DNA of 64,000 nucleotides from Paludibacteraceae bacterium (GCA_045600225.1 JAZRXL010000040.1:2733-66732), one strand, 5' to 3'; counted from the stretch's first letter, positions 28,012 through 37,636 are shown. The notes: generated by a model not told the origin, from the sequence alone. Program-made: numbers and translations.

Positions 28012-28725
28012 ATGAAGAAAGTATTTATCATGAGCGCATTGTTCTTGGTAGCGATGCTATCAAATGCGCAAGAGTCTAAAAAAGGAACCTATTCAATGGG
28101 CATCACCTATGGTGCAGGTTACTCTATGATGCGAATGGATGACCCTAACGACATCTTAGACACAAAAGGCATTACAAACATCCAAGGTGGTTTGGCCGTC
28201 GATTATTGGTTCACCGACCATATTTTCATGGAAACAAGTCTCACTTATCAAAGAAGAGGCTGGAGGATGAATGGCATTGGATATGAAAAAGACGGACAAT
28301 TCGAAATTGACCAAGAGGTTAAGTCCTGCCTTCACTACATTGTCATTCCAATGACCTACAACTACTGGTACAAACTAAAAAGAATCGGCATGGTGTATGA
28401 ATTCGGCCCCTATTTTGGCATTGGATTGGGTGGCAAACACAAAAGCACTTATGAATTGGAGGTTGAAGATTCAAACTTCCTAACACTCGCCAATAGCATA
28501 TTGAAAGAGTTGGAAAACGAATCAGAGACAGATGTATTTGACGGAGATGACACAAAGCGATTTGACTTTGGTTTACGGTTTGGTTTAGGTGTCACATTTG
28601 GCAAAAGAATGAAGTTTATGGCCGGTTATGACTTAGGTCTACTCGATCTATACCGAGGAGGTGAACAAGACAAAAAATCCAAGAACGGAACTGTTTATGG
28701 GGCTCTTACTGTTTACATTAAATAA
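28012..28725 (+). CDS. Outer-membrane beta-barrel (porin-family) protein
   Basis: MKKVFIMSALFLVAMLSNAQ signal, alternating aromatic/Gly beta-strand pattern, and a C-terminal aromatic-rich last strand. The start at 28012 is preferred over the track ATG at 27952, which overlaps the upstream gene. Confidence 0.7.
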   Translation: MKKVFIMSALFLVAMLSNAQESKKGTYSMGITYGAGYSMMRMDDPNDILDTKGITNIQGGLAVDYWFTDHIFMETSLTYQRRGWRMNGIGYEKDGQFEIDQEVKSCLHYIVIPMTYNYWYKLKRIGMVYEFGPYFGIGLGGKHKSTYELEVEDSNFLTLANSILKELENESETDVFDGDDTKRFDFGLRFGLGVTFGKRMKFMAGYDLGLLDLYRGGEQDKKSKNGTVYGALTVYIK

Positions 28726-28748
28726 ACCTATTTCAATTTTCTCTCTTG

Positions 28749-28786
28749 CAATCGTCACTTCCCCATAGGTGACGATTGTTTTTTTT
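28749..28786 (+). terminator. Terminator hairpin (probably bidirectional)
   Basis: CAATCGTCAC-ttccccatag-GTGACGATTG followed by TTTTTTTT. It overlaps the last codons of the convergent MATE gene. Confidence 0.75.
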
Positions 28787-30131
28787 ACAAACTCTTTTTA
28801 CTTCGAACCACAAAATAGGCTACGACAACCAGCGTACCCGTAACAACCCAAGAAATGGGATAGACAACCATCAGCCATTGAAAAGTGTGATGTGCAGGCA
28901 CTATCACATTAACCCACCACAATCGAAGCACGCAAGTGCCCACCACAGTCAAAGCCGCAGGTAAAGAAGAATATCCCAACCCCCTTAACGCACCACCTGC
29001 CACTTCATAGCTACTTGCAATAAACTGAAAGAAAAGCACCCATTCCAAACGAATATAGGCAAACTCATGAACTTGAGGATCCGTATTAAACAAATTGACA
29101 AAGAAAGTCTCTTGCCAAGTAAACAGAAAATTAAAAGAGGCACAACAAACCACGCTGAGCCACATGGTGTGAAACAACACCCGTCTACATCTGTCATACT
29201 TCCCTGCCGCATAGTTTTGTCCCGTAAAGGTAACCGCCGCATTGGCAAAAGAAGCAATAATAAAATAGCAAAAGTGTTCGAAATTAAGTGCAGCAGCAGA
29301 ACCAGACATTGCCTCCGAACCAAAACTGTTGATAGAAGATTGGATGGTCACATTGGAAATGGCAAAAACCATCCCCTGCATACCAGTAGGCAATCCGATT
29401 GAAACAATCGTGTTCAGCTCCGCTCTATAGACACCCAACTGCTTCAAGTTTAAATTATACGGAGCGGGTTCACAAAGAAGAATTCGGATGATCATAATTG
29501 CACAGATCGCATTTGCCACCGAAGTTGCCACACCAACACCCACCACTCCTAAATCGAAGCCCACAACCAAAATTACATTCAATATTGCATTAATCAGCCC
29601 AGAATAGAGCAAACAATAGAGCGGTCGCTTCGTATCTCCTTGTGCACGAAGAACGGCAGAGCCAAAATTGAAAATCATGATAAAAGGGATACCAACAAAA
29701 TAGATTTGAAGATAGACTGTCGAAAGACCTATCACATCTTCTGGTGTATCAATCCACTCTAAAATAGGACGAGCTAACGCAATACCCAACACCAATAGAA
29801 GAAGGCCACTCACAAGAGTGACATTTGCAATAGTAGAAATGGATCGCTTAACACCTTCTTCGCTACCCTCACCTATACGATTGGCGACGACCACGTTAGC
29901 ACCGACAGAAAGTCCCACAAAAAGAGAAACAACCAAATTGATAACAGCGCTATTACTACCCACTGCAGCCAAGGCTTCCTTTCCGGCAAAATGTCCAACC
30001 ACAGCCATATCGACAGAATTAAACAGTTGCTGCAACAAACTGCTGAATGCTAACGGCAAGGCAAACAAAATTATCTTGTCAAGCAAACTACCATTCAGCA
30101 TATCCATGCCAGTACCTTCGTTTCTCATCAC
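28785..30131 (-). CDS. MATE family efflux transporter
   Basis: 448 aa with about 12 TM segments and an N-terminal LLDKIILFALPLAFSSLLQQLFNSVDMAVVGH motif. The start may be M9 at 30107, because a -7 box (CAAAGTTA) lies at 30145..30152. Confidence 0.85.
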   Translation of the reverse strand: MMRNEGTGMDMLNGSLLDKIILFALPLAFSSLLQQLFNSVDMAVVGHFAGKEALAAVGSNSAVINLVVSLFVGLSVGANVVVANRIGEGSEEGVKRSISTIANVTLVSGLLLLVLGIALARPILEWIDTPEDVIGLSTVYLQIYFVGIPFIMIFNFGSAVLRAQGDTKRPLYCLLYSGLINAILNVILVVGFDLGVVGVGVATSVANAICAIMIIRILLCEPAPYNLNLKQLGVYRAELNTIVSIGLPTGMQGMVFAISNVTIQSSINSFGSEAMSGSAAALNFEHFCYFIIASFANAAVTFTGQNYAAGKYDRCRRVLFHTMWLSVVCCASFNFLFTWQETFFVNLFNTDPQVHEFAYIRLEWVLFFQFIASSYEVAGGALRGLGYSSLPAALTVVGTCVLRLWWVNVIVPAHHTFQWLMVVYPISWVVTGTLVVVAYFVVRSKKSL

Positions 30132-30258
30132 TTCTATTTTTCTGCAAAGTTACAAAATGCAAAGGTTAGAATGGAATCAAAAGTTGTCAAGGCAGAGATT
30201 TTTTATAAAGAGACATTCTGCAAATTTCACATCCTAGTCTTATATTCACCAAATCAAT

Positions 30259-31107
30259 CTAAATAAACAACCTTGTCTCCTTACGATATTGCGCATAGTC
30301 TGGTTTGTTTTTCATCTGACGGCTCTCCATCAATGGAATACTAACACAAAGAAAAAGCAATGTGTTAAGAATTGCTCCTGCAATGGTCCAATCAACAGGC
30401 ATGACGAGTGATTGTACCCAAACACCCCACCACATTAGGATCTCACCAAAATAGTTAGGGTGGCGACCATGTTTCCACAAACCAACACGACAAACCTCTC
30501 CTGGATGTTCCTTACGAAATTGGTGGGCACTTGTGTCTGCCAAATGTTGAATAAAGACCGCCCAAAGCGACATGGCACCTCCCACCCATGTAAAAATTGT
30601 CGCACTTGGTGCTTCTTCCAAAATACGGAAGGCTGGTGTCATCACACCAAACACAACAATGGTTGGGACTAGATTAAGTCCAAAGAAATTTACCAACTGA
30701 AACAAGACGGGATGCAAAGAGCAACGGAACTTGGTGTAGCGCCAATCCTCATAGCGTAAACCCATAAAGGTTACCGCCCAGTTACCCGTCAGGCGAATAG
30801 CCCATACAAACACCGTGCACAACATCACACACGCAGGCAAGGAAATCTGGTCCATCAACAAAGCATAAAGCGAGAGCATGACAGGTGGTGCCACACTCCA
30901 ATAAGGATCGTAGACCGACACATTACGGTAGAAACAACCCACACCCCATGTAAACACAGTGGCAACAAAATCTGCCAAGAAAAGTGCCCATAGAGCAGTG
31001 AGATGAGGTGTACAATAGAGATAAGTGGCAACGCCTAATAACGTAGCCACAAGATAGACAACCGCTATGATGATAAAACTGGTTGTTCGTGATTGAGGAA
31101 TATTCAT
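30259..31107 (-). CDS. DUF1295 / steroid 5-alpha-reductase-like membrane protein
   Basis: 282 aa, polytopic. GLWKHGRHPNYFGEILMWWGVW is the characteristic C-terminal motif. Confidence 0.75.
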   Translation of the reverse strand: MNIPQSRTTSFIIIAVVYLVATLLGVATYLYCTPHLTALWALFLADFVATVFTWGVGCFYRNVSVYDPYWSVAPPVMLSLYALLMDQISLPACVMLCTVFVWAIRLTGNWAVTFMGLRYEDWRYTKFRCSLHPVLFQLVNFFGLNLVPTIVVFGVMTPAFRILEEAPSATIFTWVGGAMSLWAVFIQHLADTSAHQFRKEHPGEVCRVGLWKHGRHPNYFGEILMWWGVWVQSLVMPVDWTIAGAILNTLLFLCVSIPLMESRQMKNKPDYAQYRKETRLFI

Positions 31108-31147
31108 GTTGTTTTTCTTTTACAATAGTTTCTGTTGAAATCACATG

Positions 31148-31155
31148 CAAATATA
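31148..31155 (-). promoter_or_regulatory. -7 box TATATTTG for the DUF1295 gene
   Basis: Plus-strand CAAATATA, 41 nt upstream of the ATG at 31107. Confidence 0.45.
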
Positions 31156-31216
31156 CAAGAAAAAACGCACTAGTATCACTCTCGAATATAAAACATCAGC
31201 TCGCCTTTTATAAATA

Positions 31217-31248
31217 AAGTCCCGAAAGATTTTCCACTTCCGGGACTT
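31217..31248 (-). terminator. Terminator hairpin after the phosphatase gene
   Basis: AAGTCCCG...CGGGACTT, with a T-rich tract following on the minus strand. Confidence 0.5.
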
Positions 31249-31270
31249 CAAACGAAGAGATGCATAGGTC

Positions 31271-32491
31271 TTACCTATTCTGAAGTTTATCGACAAGCTT
31301 GGCACATTCAATCTCTGTGAGTCCACAATCGATCACATATTCGTGAGCAGCCTTTTGAAGATCAACAGAAGCAGGGTCAACATTGTTCCAATCAATCACC
31401 TCACCATCTTGAATTGATTTGTAGTTAGCCAGCAACCAGACCATTCTATCAACAGACAATTTACGTCTCATATCATATTCAACACTTCCTTTTTTTATTA
31501 AATAGAAGTTAGACATTGTCACCATATAGTCGTCGGCTACCTCCGTATAAGAAGCTCCAGCCAAGGCTTCAAGTAAAAGAGAAACGAATCCGCATCTATC
31601 CTTTCCCTCATTGCAGTGCACTAGGTAGGGGGCTGAATGATCAACCATAAACAAAAGACCGCGACGCAACTTCGTCTTAAATGTCTCAGAGAAGACAGAA
31701 GCGTCAAGAGCGAGACATACCATATTGCCAGTTCTATACAATTCAGGGCAATATGTAGCAGAGAATCCATCATACATCATATACTCCTCGATTTTCGCAT
31801 CAGTATCAGACAAATCAATTTCTGTCTGAATACCAGCCATTCGAGCCAATTGATCGGCATAAACATACCTCACGGAATTGTTTTTCAGATTGATCGGGTT
31901 ACTAGATCTGTACAATACGCCCTTTGCCATGCCAGAGGTAGTGACCTCCCTGAAGTTGGCGAATTGTGCATCTGTACCATACTTATTCCTATCTGTATCA
32001 TAAACAGAGTGCATAATCTTATAGAGGTCCTTGTATCCACCTTTCTTACTCAAAGTAACGACTATTGGATCGCCCACCTTTCCTCCAATATTGTTTTGGA
32101 AATTCTCATGTAGTTTAGCGAAGCCGAAAGAGATACCTAAGGCGTTGTAATCACACAAGCACACGTCAAAAACTCCAATCTCGTTAAAGCTAGTGACAAA
32201 AGGAATATCCTTCAAGAAGATATCATCACCAATTTGCACGTTGATCAAGTCGGCATAGTCAAAACCTTTTCTTTTCATCTCATCCACCGAAAATGTCGGA
32301 ATCAGCATACCATAGCTGTCAAAGTCAGACACTCTGCCTGAAATTTCAACCTTCGATAAACTATCAGATTCTATTGTTTGTGCTTCATCCTTATCGTACT
32401 CGTCCTTAAGCTCATCTTCGCAGCTTACGAAAAACAATGAAGCCAATGAAATCAAAATCAAAAAAGGGTACTTGAAAAATTTTGTATTCAT
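31271..32491 (-). CDS. Lipoprotein with a C-terminal protein-tyrosine-phosphatase-like domain
   Basis: Lipobox LFFVSC. CX5R signature HCNEGKDRCG. The N-terminal region of about 200 aa is of unknown function. Confidence 0.7.
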   Translation of the reverse strand: MNTKFFKYPFLILISLASLFFVSCEDELKDEYDKDEAQTIESDSLSKVEISGRVSDFDSYGMLIPTFSVDEMKRKGFDYADLINVQIGDDIFLKDIPFVTSFNEIGVFDVCLCDYNALGISFGFAKLHENFQNNIGGKVGDPIVVTLSKKGGYKDLYKIMHSVYDTDRNKYGTDAQFANFREVTTSGMAKGVLYRSSNPINLKNNSVRYVYADQLARMAGIQTEIDLSDTDAKIEEYMMYDGFSATYCPELYRTGNMVCLALDASVFSETFKTKLRRGLLFMVDHSAPYLVHCNEGKDRCGFVSLLLEALAGASYTEVADDYMVTMSNFYLIKKGSVEYDMRRKLSVDRMVWLLANYKSIQDGEVIDWNNVDPASVDLQKAAHEYVIDCGLTEIECAKLVDKLQNR

Positions 32492-32668
32492 AATATTCAG
32501 ATTTTAATTATTTGAAATCTAGTTTTTGCCATCATCGGGTGATTGTTTGTTCCCGTTGACAATGCAAAGTTAGATCAGGTTTCAGGAGCGCAACGAACAA
32601 GAAAGGAAAAAAGAACGGACAGATTGAGAACTTCATATTTTGTACATTTTTCACGAATTGTACATCTT
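32492..32668 (-). promoter_or_regulatory. Conserved promoter/5'-leader module, copy 1
   Basis: -7 box TAACTTTG (plus-strand CAAAGTTA at 32565..32572), then a leader of about 67 nt, with TGTACA motifs at 32641 and 32659. It closely matches 60017..60189. Confidence 0.6.
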
Positions 32669-32722
32669 TATAAATTACTGTATATAAAATAGATAAGATA
32701 AAAACCGGCAATAAAACAAAGA

Positions 32723-32764
32723 TAAAAAAAATCCTAACACATTCATTTCCGAACATGTTAGGAT
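32723..32764 (-). terminator. Rho-independent terminator after tmRNA
   Basis: ATCCTAACA...TGTTAGGAT 9-bp stem, followed on the minus strand by TTTTTTTT. Confidence 0.75.
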
Positions 32765-32774
32765 TAAAATTTCG

Positions 32775-33169
32775 TGGAGATGCAGGGGTTCGAACCCTGG
32801 TCCAAACGAGGAAATCATAAGCTTTCTACATGCTTATTCCTGCCTAGATTTTCGTACGATAGCAAGACCAGGACCACCAACTACCGTCTTATCCTCTAAA
32901 ATTTCATTTAGATATCGAGGCCTACCTAAACTATTCCTGAATTTTCCGCTCCTCCGTATCCGACCGCCTCAGGACTTAGCATCGGGGAGAAGTCTTGTCC
33001 AAACACCCGTGTCTGGATTAAGCCAGTAATCTACTATTATTCGATTAGGCAGCAAGAGCAAAGTTATTCTCGCCAGTTAAATTTTTGGTCTCCAAGATTA
33101 TAGTGCTAGCCACCAGCGCACTGCATGCTTACTTACCACTTCTGCCCGCTGTCAAATCCAGTCATCCCC
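32775..33169 (-). ncRNA. ssrA: tmRNA (transfer-messenger RNA)
   Basis: The 5' end GGGGATGACTGGATTTGACAGCGG pairs with the 3' end GCATCTCCA, giving an acceptor stem with G3:U. T-arm GGGTTCGAACCCC. The internal tag ORF GGC GAG AAT AAC TTT GCT CTT GCT GCC TAA encodes GENNFALAA (33044..33073). Confidence 0.93.
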
Positions 33170-33217
33170 AAACTTGACACGTAACATGGTATCATCTAAC
33201 CGCTGTCAAATGGATTG

Positions 33218-33225
33218 CAAATATA
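33218..33225 (-). promoter_or_regulatory. -7 box TATATTTG upstream of tmRNA
   Basis: Plus-strand CAAATATA, 49 nt upstream of the mature 5' end. Confidence 0.4.
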
Positions 33226-33458
33226 GCGCAAAAAGCAATTACTTTCATCTATTATTAGTTAAAAATAAATAAAAGTTTGTTCCACTCTCTTTTATCAGCA
33301 CCTTCTTGAATTCGCAACAATAGTAATATTTTGGGCAAGTATATACTTTTTGACCCCAAGGAATGAAAATACTATCAATGATGGCTGTGTTTTTAGGGAT
33401 TATGTAGAATTTATTTGTTGAATATCGTGACTTAGTAGGGTCTAATAGTATATAGACC

Positions 33459-33495
33459 CAAAAGAAAAGCAAGAGGATTACTAGGTTCCTCTTGC
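33459..33495 (-). terminator. Terminator after rny
   Basis: GCAAGAGGA-ttactaggt-TCCTCTTGC, followed on the minus strand by TTTTCTTTTG. Confidence 0.65.
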
Positions 33496-33524
33496 TTTCG
33501 TATTCATTTCTGTCAGTCTTGAGA

Positions 33525-35054
33525 TTACTTAGCGAAACTTACCGCTCTTGTCTCACGAATAACTGTGATCTTCACTTGTCCTGGGTAAGTCATCTCATCT
33601 TGAATCTTCTTAGCGATGTCATATGACAATGTTTCTATCTCCTTGTCATCAATCTTATCAGCACCAACAATCACACGAAGCTCACGACCTGCTTGAATAG
33701 CATATGTCTTCACAACTCCCGGATATGAAAGAGCCAACTTCTCCAAGTCATTCAAACGCTTGATGTAAGCCTCAACGATTTCGCGACGAGCACCTGGGCG
33801 AGCACCTGAGATAGCATCACAAGCTTGCACGATAGGAGACAATAGGCTATCCATTTCGATTTCATCGTGGTGTGCACCAATAGCATTGCAGATTTCAGGT
33901 TTCTCCTTATACTTCTCTGCCAACTTCATACCTAAAATTGCGTGTGGCAATTCTGGCTCATCATCAGGCACCTTACCAATATCGTGTAACAAACCTGCAC
34001 GTTTAGCCTTCTTTGCATTCAAGCCCAACTCAGTTGCCATGATAGCACAAAGGTTAGCCGTTTCACGAGCATGTTGCAATAGGTTTTGTCCGTATGAAGA
34101 ACGATACTTCATCTTTCCGATCAAACGAATCAAATCCGGATGCAAACCATGGATACCCAAATCGATAGTAGTACGCTTACCTGTTTCAACGATCTCTTCC
34201 TCCACTTGCTTCTTCACCTTAGCAACCACCTCCTCGATACGGGCAGGGTGGATACGACCATCTGTCACCAATTGGTGAAGTGCCAAACGAGCCACCTCGC
34301 GACGAACAGGATCAAAAGCAGAAAGCACGATAGCTTCTGGAGTATCATCTACGATAATCTCAACACCAGTTGCTGCTTCCAAGGCACGAATGTTACGGCC
34401 TTCACGACCAATAATTCTACCCTTTATCTCGTCAGAATCGATATTAAATACAGTTACAGAGTTCTCGATAGCCGCCTCTGTTGCTACACGTTGAATAGTT
34501 TGAACAACAATACGCTTTGCCTCTTTGTTTGCGGACATCTTGGCCTCTTCCATGATTTCATTCACATAAGACATAGCGTCAGTCTTTGCCTCCTCTTTCA
34601 AAGATTCGATCAAACTAGCTTTTGCCTCTTGAGCAGACAAACCAGAGATAGTTTCCAAACGCTCATTAGCCATTCGGTTCAACTTCTCCAACTCCATTTT
34701 TCTGGAATTTACAATGTCTAATTGGTTGTTGAGGTTTTCCTTTACACTCTCATTCTCAGCTCTACCCCTTTGCACCTCTGATTGCATCTGATTAAGTTGC
34801 ATCTCACGTTGCTTCAACTTAGACTCGAACTGCTGCATCTTCGCATTACGTTGATTACACTGAGCCTCATACTCATTCTTCAACGTTAAATATTTCTCCT
34901 TCACCTCCAGCATCTTCTTGTCTCGCTGGTTTTGCGCCTCTGCCTCAGCCTCCTTAAGGATATTGGCAGTACGGGACTTGAGCATGGTGTTCATCACCAA
35001 CCAAGTAACTAATCCGCCCACCACGAAGGCTGCTATAACTAGTAAGATATTCAT
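33525..35054 (-). CDS. rny: Ribonuclease Y
   Basis: 509 aa. N-terminal TM helix, coiled coil, KH domain ([12 protein letters not shown]) and HD domain (LLHDIGK). Confidence 0.95.
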   Translation of the reverse strand: MNILLVIAAFVVGGLVTWLVMNTMLKSRTANILKEAEAEAQNQRDKKMLEVKEKYLTLKNEYEAQCNQRNAKMQQFESKLKQREMQLNQMQSEVQRGRAENESVKENLNNQLDIVNSRKMELEKLNRMANERLETISGLSAQEAKASLIESLKEEAKTDAMSYVNEIMEEAKMSANKEAKRIVVQTIQRVATEAAIENSVTVFNIDSDEIKGRIIGREGRNIRALEAATGVEIIVDDTPEAIVLSAFDPVRREVARLALHQLVTDGRIHPARIEEVVAKVKKQVEEEIVETGKRTTIDLGIHGLHPDLIRLIGKMKYRSSYGQNLLQHARETANLCAIMATELGLNAKKAKRAGLLHDIGKVPDDEPELPHAILGMKLAEKYKEKPEICNAIGAHHDEIEMDSLLSPIVQACDAISGARPGARREIVEAYIKRLNDLEKLALSYPGVVKTYAIQAGRELRVIVGADKIDDKEIETLSYDIAKKIQDEMTYPGQVKITVIRETRAVSFAK

Positions 35055-35154
35055 AAAATATAAAAAATTAATATATAAAAAAACGCTCCCCTCCTCCGAG
35101 CCATACGGAGAAAGATCGCGGAAATTACATGTAAAAAAATTGTAGGAAAAACAA

Positions 35155-35463
35155 CTAATTCAAAGCTTCGTCAACATCCTTTTCCAGTTGTTCCAAACTC
35201 TTCATTAGTTCTGTATCTGTAGCTTCTTTCTTTTTTAGTCTTACACCAAAATCCAAAGCCACAAGTTTTAGATAGGTTTCAATTTTAAAATCGTTGTTTG
35301 CTGAAGAAAATCGTTTTGTGTATTCCTGATACGTTTTCTCTATTAATTTAACAGCCTGTCTAAAATATTCCTCATCCGATCTCCTTACTGGAAATTTAAA
35401 CTCAGATCCGAGCACCTTAACGGTTATGGTGAATACTTCATCAGGGTTCGGCATATTACTCAT
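35155..35463 (-). CDS. zapA: Cell division protein ZapA-like
   Basis: 102 aa. [14 protein letters not shown]...[13 protein letters not shown] pattern, in the conserved position upstream of rny. Confidence 0.65.
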   Translation of the reverse strand: MSNMPNPDEVFTITVKVLGSEFKFPVRRSDEEYFRQAVKLIEKTYQEYTKRFSSANNDFKIETYLKLVALDFGVRLKKKEATDTELMKSLEQLEKDVDEALN

Positions 35464-35755
35464 TTAAAAGTGAAATACATTTTTCTACTTCCCGCTCCAA
35501 TTTCAACATACGATTGCGCAACCGCTTAGCCTCCTCTTCTGTCACCTGAGACGCTTTCACGCATGCAAGACTCTCCAATCTCTTGCGGCAATTTTCCAAT
35601 TCACTTTGATTTTCAGAAAGTTGCTGTTTCAAAGACTCTATTTTCTTCGATAATGCAGCATTTTCCAACTTCAAGCCATTACACACCACAATAAGTCTGT
35701 GTACCTTAGCCTCAACTTTCTTTTCCAAACTTTCTGTACTCTCCGAAGTGGCCAT
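35456..35755 (-). CDS. Small coiled-coil protein (ZapB-like?)
   Basis: 99 aa with heptad-rich sequence. It overlaps the zapA start by 8 nt. Confidence 0.5.
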   Translation of the reverse strand: MATSESTESLEKKVEAKVHRLIVVCNGLKLENAALSKKIESLKQQLSENQSELENCRKRLESLACVKASQVTEEEAKRLRNRMLKLEREVEKCISLLNE

Positions 35756-35866
35756 ATTGTCGAAATTCTATGCAAAAATAGCAATCTACATTGAATAAAA
35801 AAAGATTTTTTGCAAAAATAAAATCAAAATAGAATGTCATTTAAGAGTGGTCCCACTCATTTTTTT

Positions 35867-35874
35867 TATCTTTG
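35867..35874 (+). promoter_or_regulatory. -7 box TATCTTTG for the ABC exporter operon
   Basis: Matches TAnnTTTG. It lies inside the track ORF's first 14 codons and 23 nt upstream of an in-frame TTG at 35897. Confidence 0.45.
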
Positions 35875-35896
35875 TGAGGCTAAACAAGAGTATTCA

Positions 35897-37636
35897 TTGA
35901 AACGATCAACAAAAAACATACTTAATTGTTTAAAGCCCAACCTAAAATGGGCCATACTCTCCCCCATTCTCGTTGGAATGGAGGTTTGTGCCGAATTGGC
36001 TCAACCCTACCTAATGTCTGAAATCGTCAACCAAGGCGTACTTGGACAACATGCCGAAATCATACTGCCTCTCGGTCTAAGGATGCTGCTCATCACCTTT
36101 ATCGGAATGATCGGCGGAGTCCTCTCCATTTTTGCCGCGGGACATGTTGCTTATAGTTTCGGGGCGGATATGCGCCAAACCTTATTCGGTCGAATCACAC
36201 AATTCTCTTTTCGTAGGATCGACCAACTGCAAACAGGATCTCTCATCACCCGCATAACAAGTGATGTTCACAAAGTGCAGAGTGTAATTCAATCGTCCAT
36301 GCGACTACTTTTCCGATCCCCCTTCTTGTTTGTCGGATCGGTCGTAATGGTGCTAACCATTAGCAAACAACTATCTACAGTTCTGCTAATCACGCTCCCC
36401 ATTCTTCTCATAAGCGTAACATTGGTCGTGAGAAGCGCATACCCCATCTTTAAAAAGATCCAAGAGAAGATCGACCGACTCAACACCGTGGTGCAAGAAT
36501 CCATCGCTGGTATTCGCGTAGTGAAAGCCTACACACAGGAGGAGAAAGAGCAAAAGAGATTTCAAGAGGCCAACGACAACCTTATCGAGCACAACCTTCA
36601 AATCAGCAAACTTATCGTTGTCTTGGGTCCTATAATGTCTCTCATTCTCAATATAGGAATCGCCTTTGTCGTCTATATTGGAGCAAAGTTGATCGATAAA
36701 GGTTCATCTGTCAATGTGGGAGAGATAATGGCAGTCACCAACTACCTAACCCAAATACTAATGTCCTTAATGATGGCTCAAAGAATCATACTGTCGATTA
36801 CCGAGGCCCAAGCCTCCATGGGCCGCATCAGCGAGGTTCTTGACACCGAATGCAGAGCTGACATGACCCGCATTTCCCCAAAAGACACAAACGCCAAGGA
36901 AGGAAAAATCCGTTTCGAGAATGTTTATTTTAGATATAACGAACCCGTGGAGAACGCCAAGGACAATTATGTACTAAAAGGAATTAGTTTTTCAGTCGAC
37001 ACAAGAGAAACAATAGGCATTATCGGAGGAACTGGATCAGGAAAGAGTTCCTTAGCTCAGCTAATACTTAGGTGCTACACAACCAATCAAGGACACATAT
37101 ACATCAACGACAAAGAGATCAACAACTACAATTCAGAAGATCTCCATCATTTGGTTGGATTGGCCATGCAAAACATCCAACTCTTCTCTGGCACCATAGC
37201 CGAGAACCTTCGTTGGGGAAAGTCTAACGCCTCGGTAGAAGAGATAAAAGAGGCTTGCAAGAAAGCTCAGATTGATGACTTCATAAACAGTTTGGAGAAG
37301 GGATACGATTACGAAATCAAACAGGGAGGCGTCAACCTGTCCGGCGGACAAAAGCAACGAATCTCCCTCGCGCGTACACTTATCGGAGCGCCTGCCATTT
37401 TAGTTTTGGACGATTGTCTCAACGCTGTCGATCTAAAAACAGAAGCGGCTCTCAACAAAGCTTTGAAAGAGATGGAGTGTACAAAAATCATCATCTCTCA
37501 ACGAGTCAGTACTATTAAAGACGCAGACCGGATCTTACTTCTAGAAGACGGTGTCATTATCGGAGAGGGAACCCATCAACAACTGATGGAAAGCAATAGT
37601 GTTTACCAAGAGATTTGTCGTTCTCAACTAGAATAG
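35897..37636 (+). CDS. ABC exporter permease/ATPase, subunit 1 of a heterodimeric pair
   Basis: 6 TM segments plus an NBD. Walker A GGTGSGKSS, LSGGQKQR, ILVLDD. A TTG start is proposed; the track ATG at 35834 is the alternative. Confidence 0.85.
   Translation: MKRSTKNILNCLKPNLKWAILSPILVGMEVCAELAQPYLMSEIVNQGVLGQHAEIILPLGLRMLLITFIGMIGGVLSIFAAGHVAYSFGADMRQTLFGRITQFSFRRIDQLQTGSLITRITSDVHKVQSVIQSSMRLLFRSPFLFVGSVVMVLTISKQLSTVLLITLPILLISVTLVVRSAYPIFKKIQEKIDRLNTVVQESIAGIRVVKAYTQEEKEQKRFQEANDNLIEHNLQISKLIVVLGPIMSLILNIGIAFVVYIGAKLIDKGSSVNVGEIMAVTNYLTQILMSLMMAQRIILSITEAQASMGRISEVLDTECRADMTRISPKDTNAKEGKIRFENVYFRYNEPVENAKDNYVLKGISFSVDTRETIGIIGGTGSGKSSLAQLILRCYTTNQGHIYINDKEINNYNSEDLHHLVGLAMQNIQLFSGTIAENLRWGKSNASVEEIKEACKKAQIDDFINSLEKGYDYEIKQGGVNLSGGQKQRISLARTLIGAPAILVLDDCLNAVDLKTEAALNKALKEMECTKIIISQRVSTIKDADRILLLEDGVIIGEGTHQQLMESNSVYQEICRSQLE

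Noticed and set aside
32641-32656. CRP-type site (TGTGA-N6-TCACA) within the TGTACA region
   Set aside because: TGTACATTTTTCACG and TGTACATTTTCACAG only partly match the consensus, and the half-site spacing differs between the two copies. I kept only the TGTACA-pair observation.
32532-32756. 74-aa minus-strand ORF
   Set aside because: It overlaps the tmRNA terminator and the conserved promoter/leader module. The homologous module at 60017..60189 does not preserve the reading frame.
33245-33472. 75-aa minus-strand ORF between rny and tmRNA
   Set aside because: Its first codons overlap the rny terminator hairpin and T-run. The composition is AT-driven (rich in Y, F, K, I and C) with no recognisable motif. 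It is probably non-coding, though not formally excluded.
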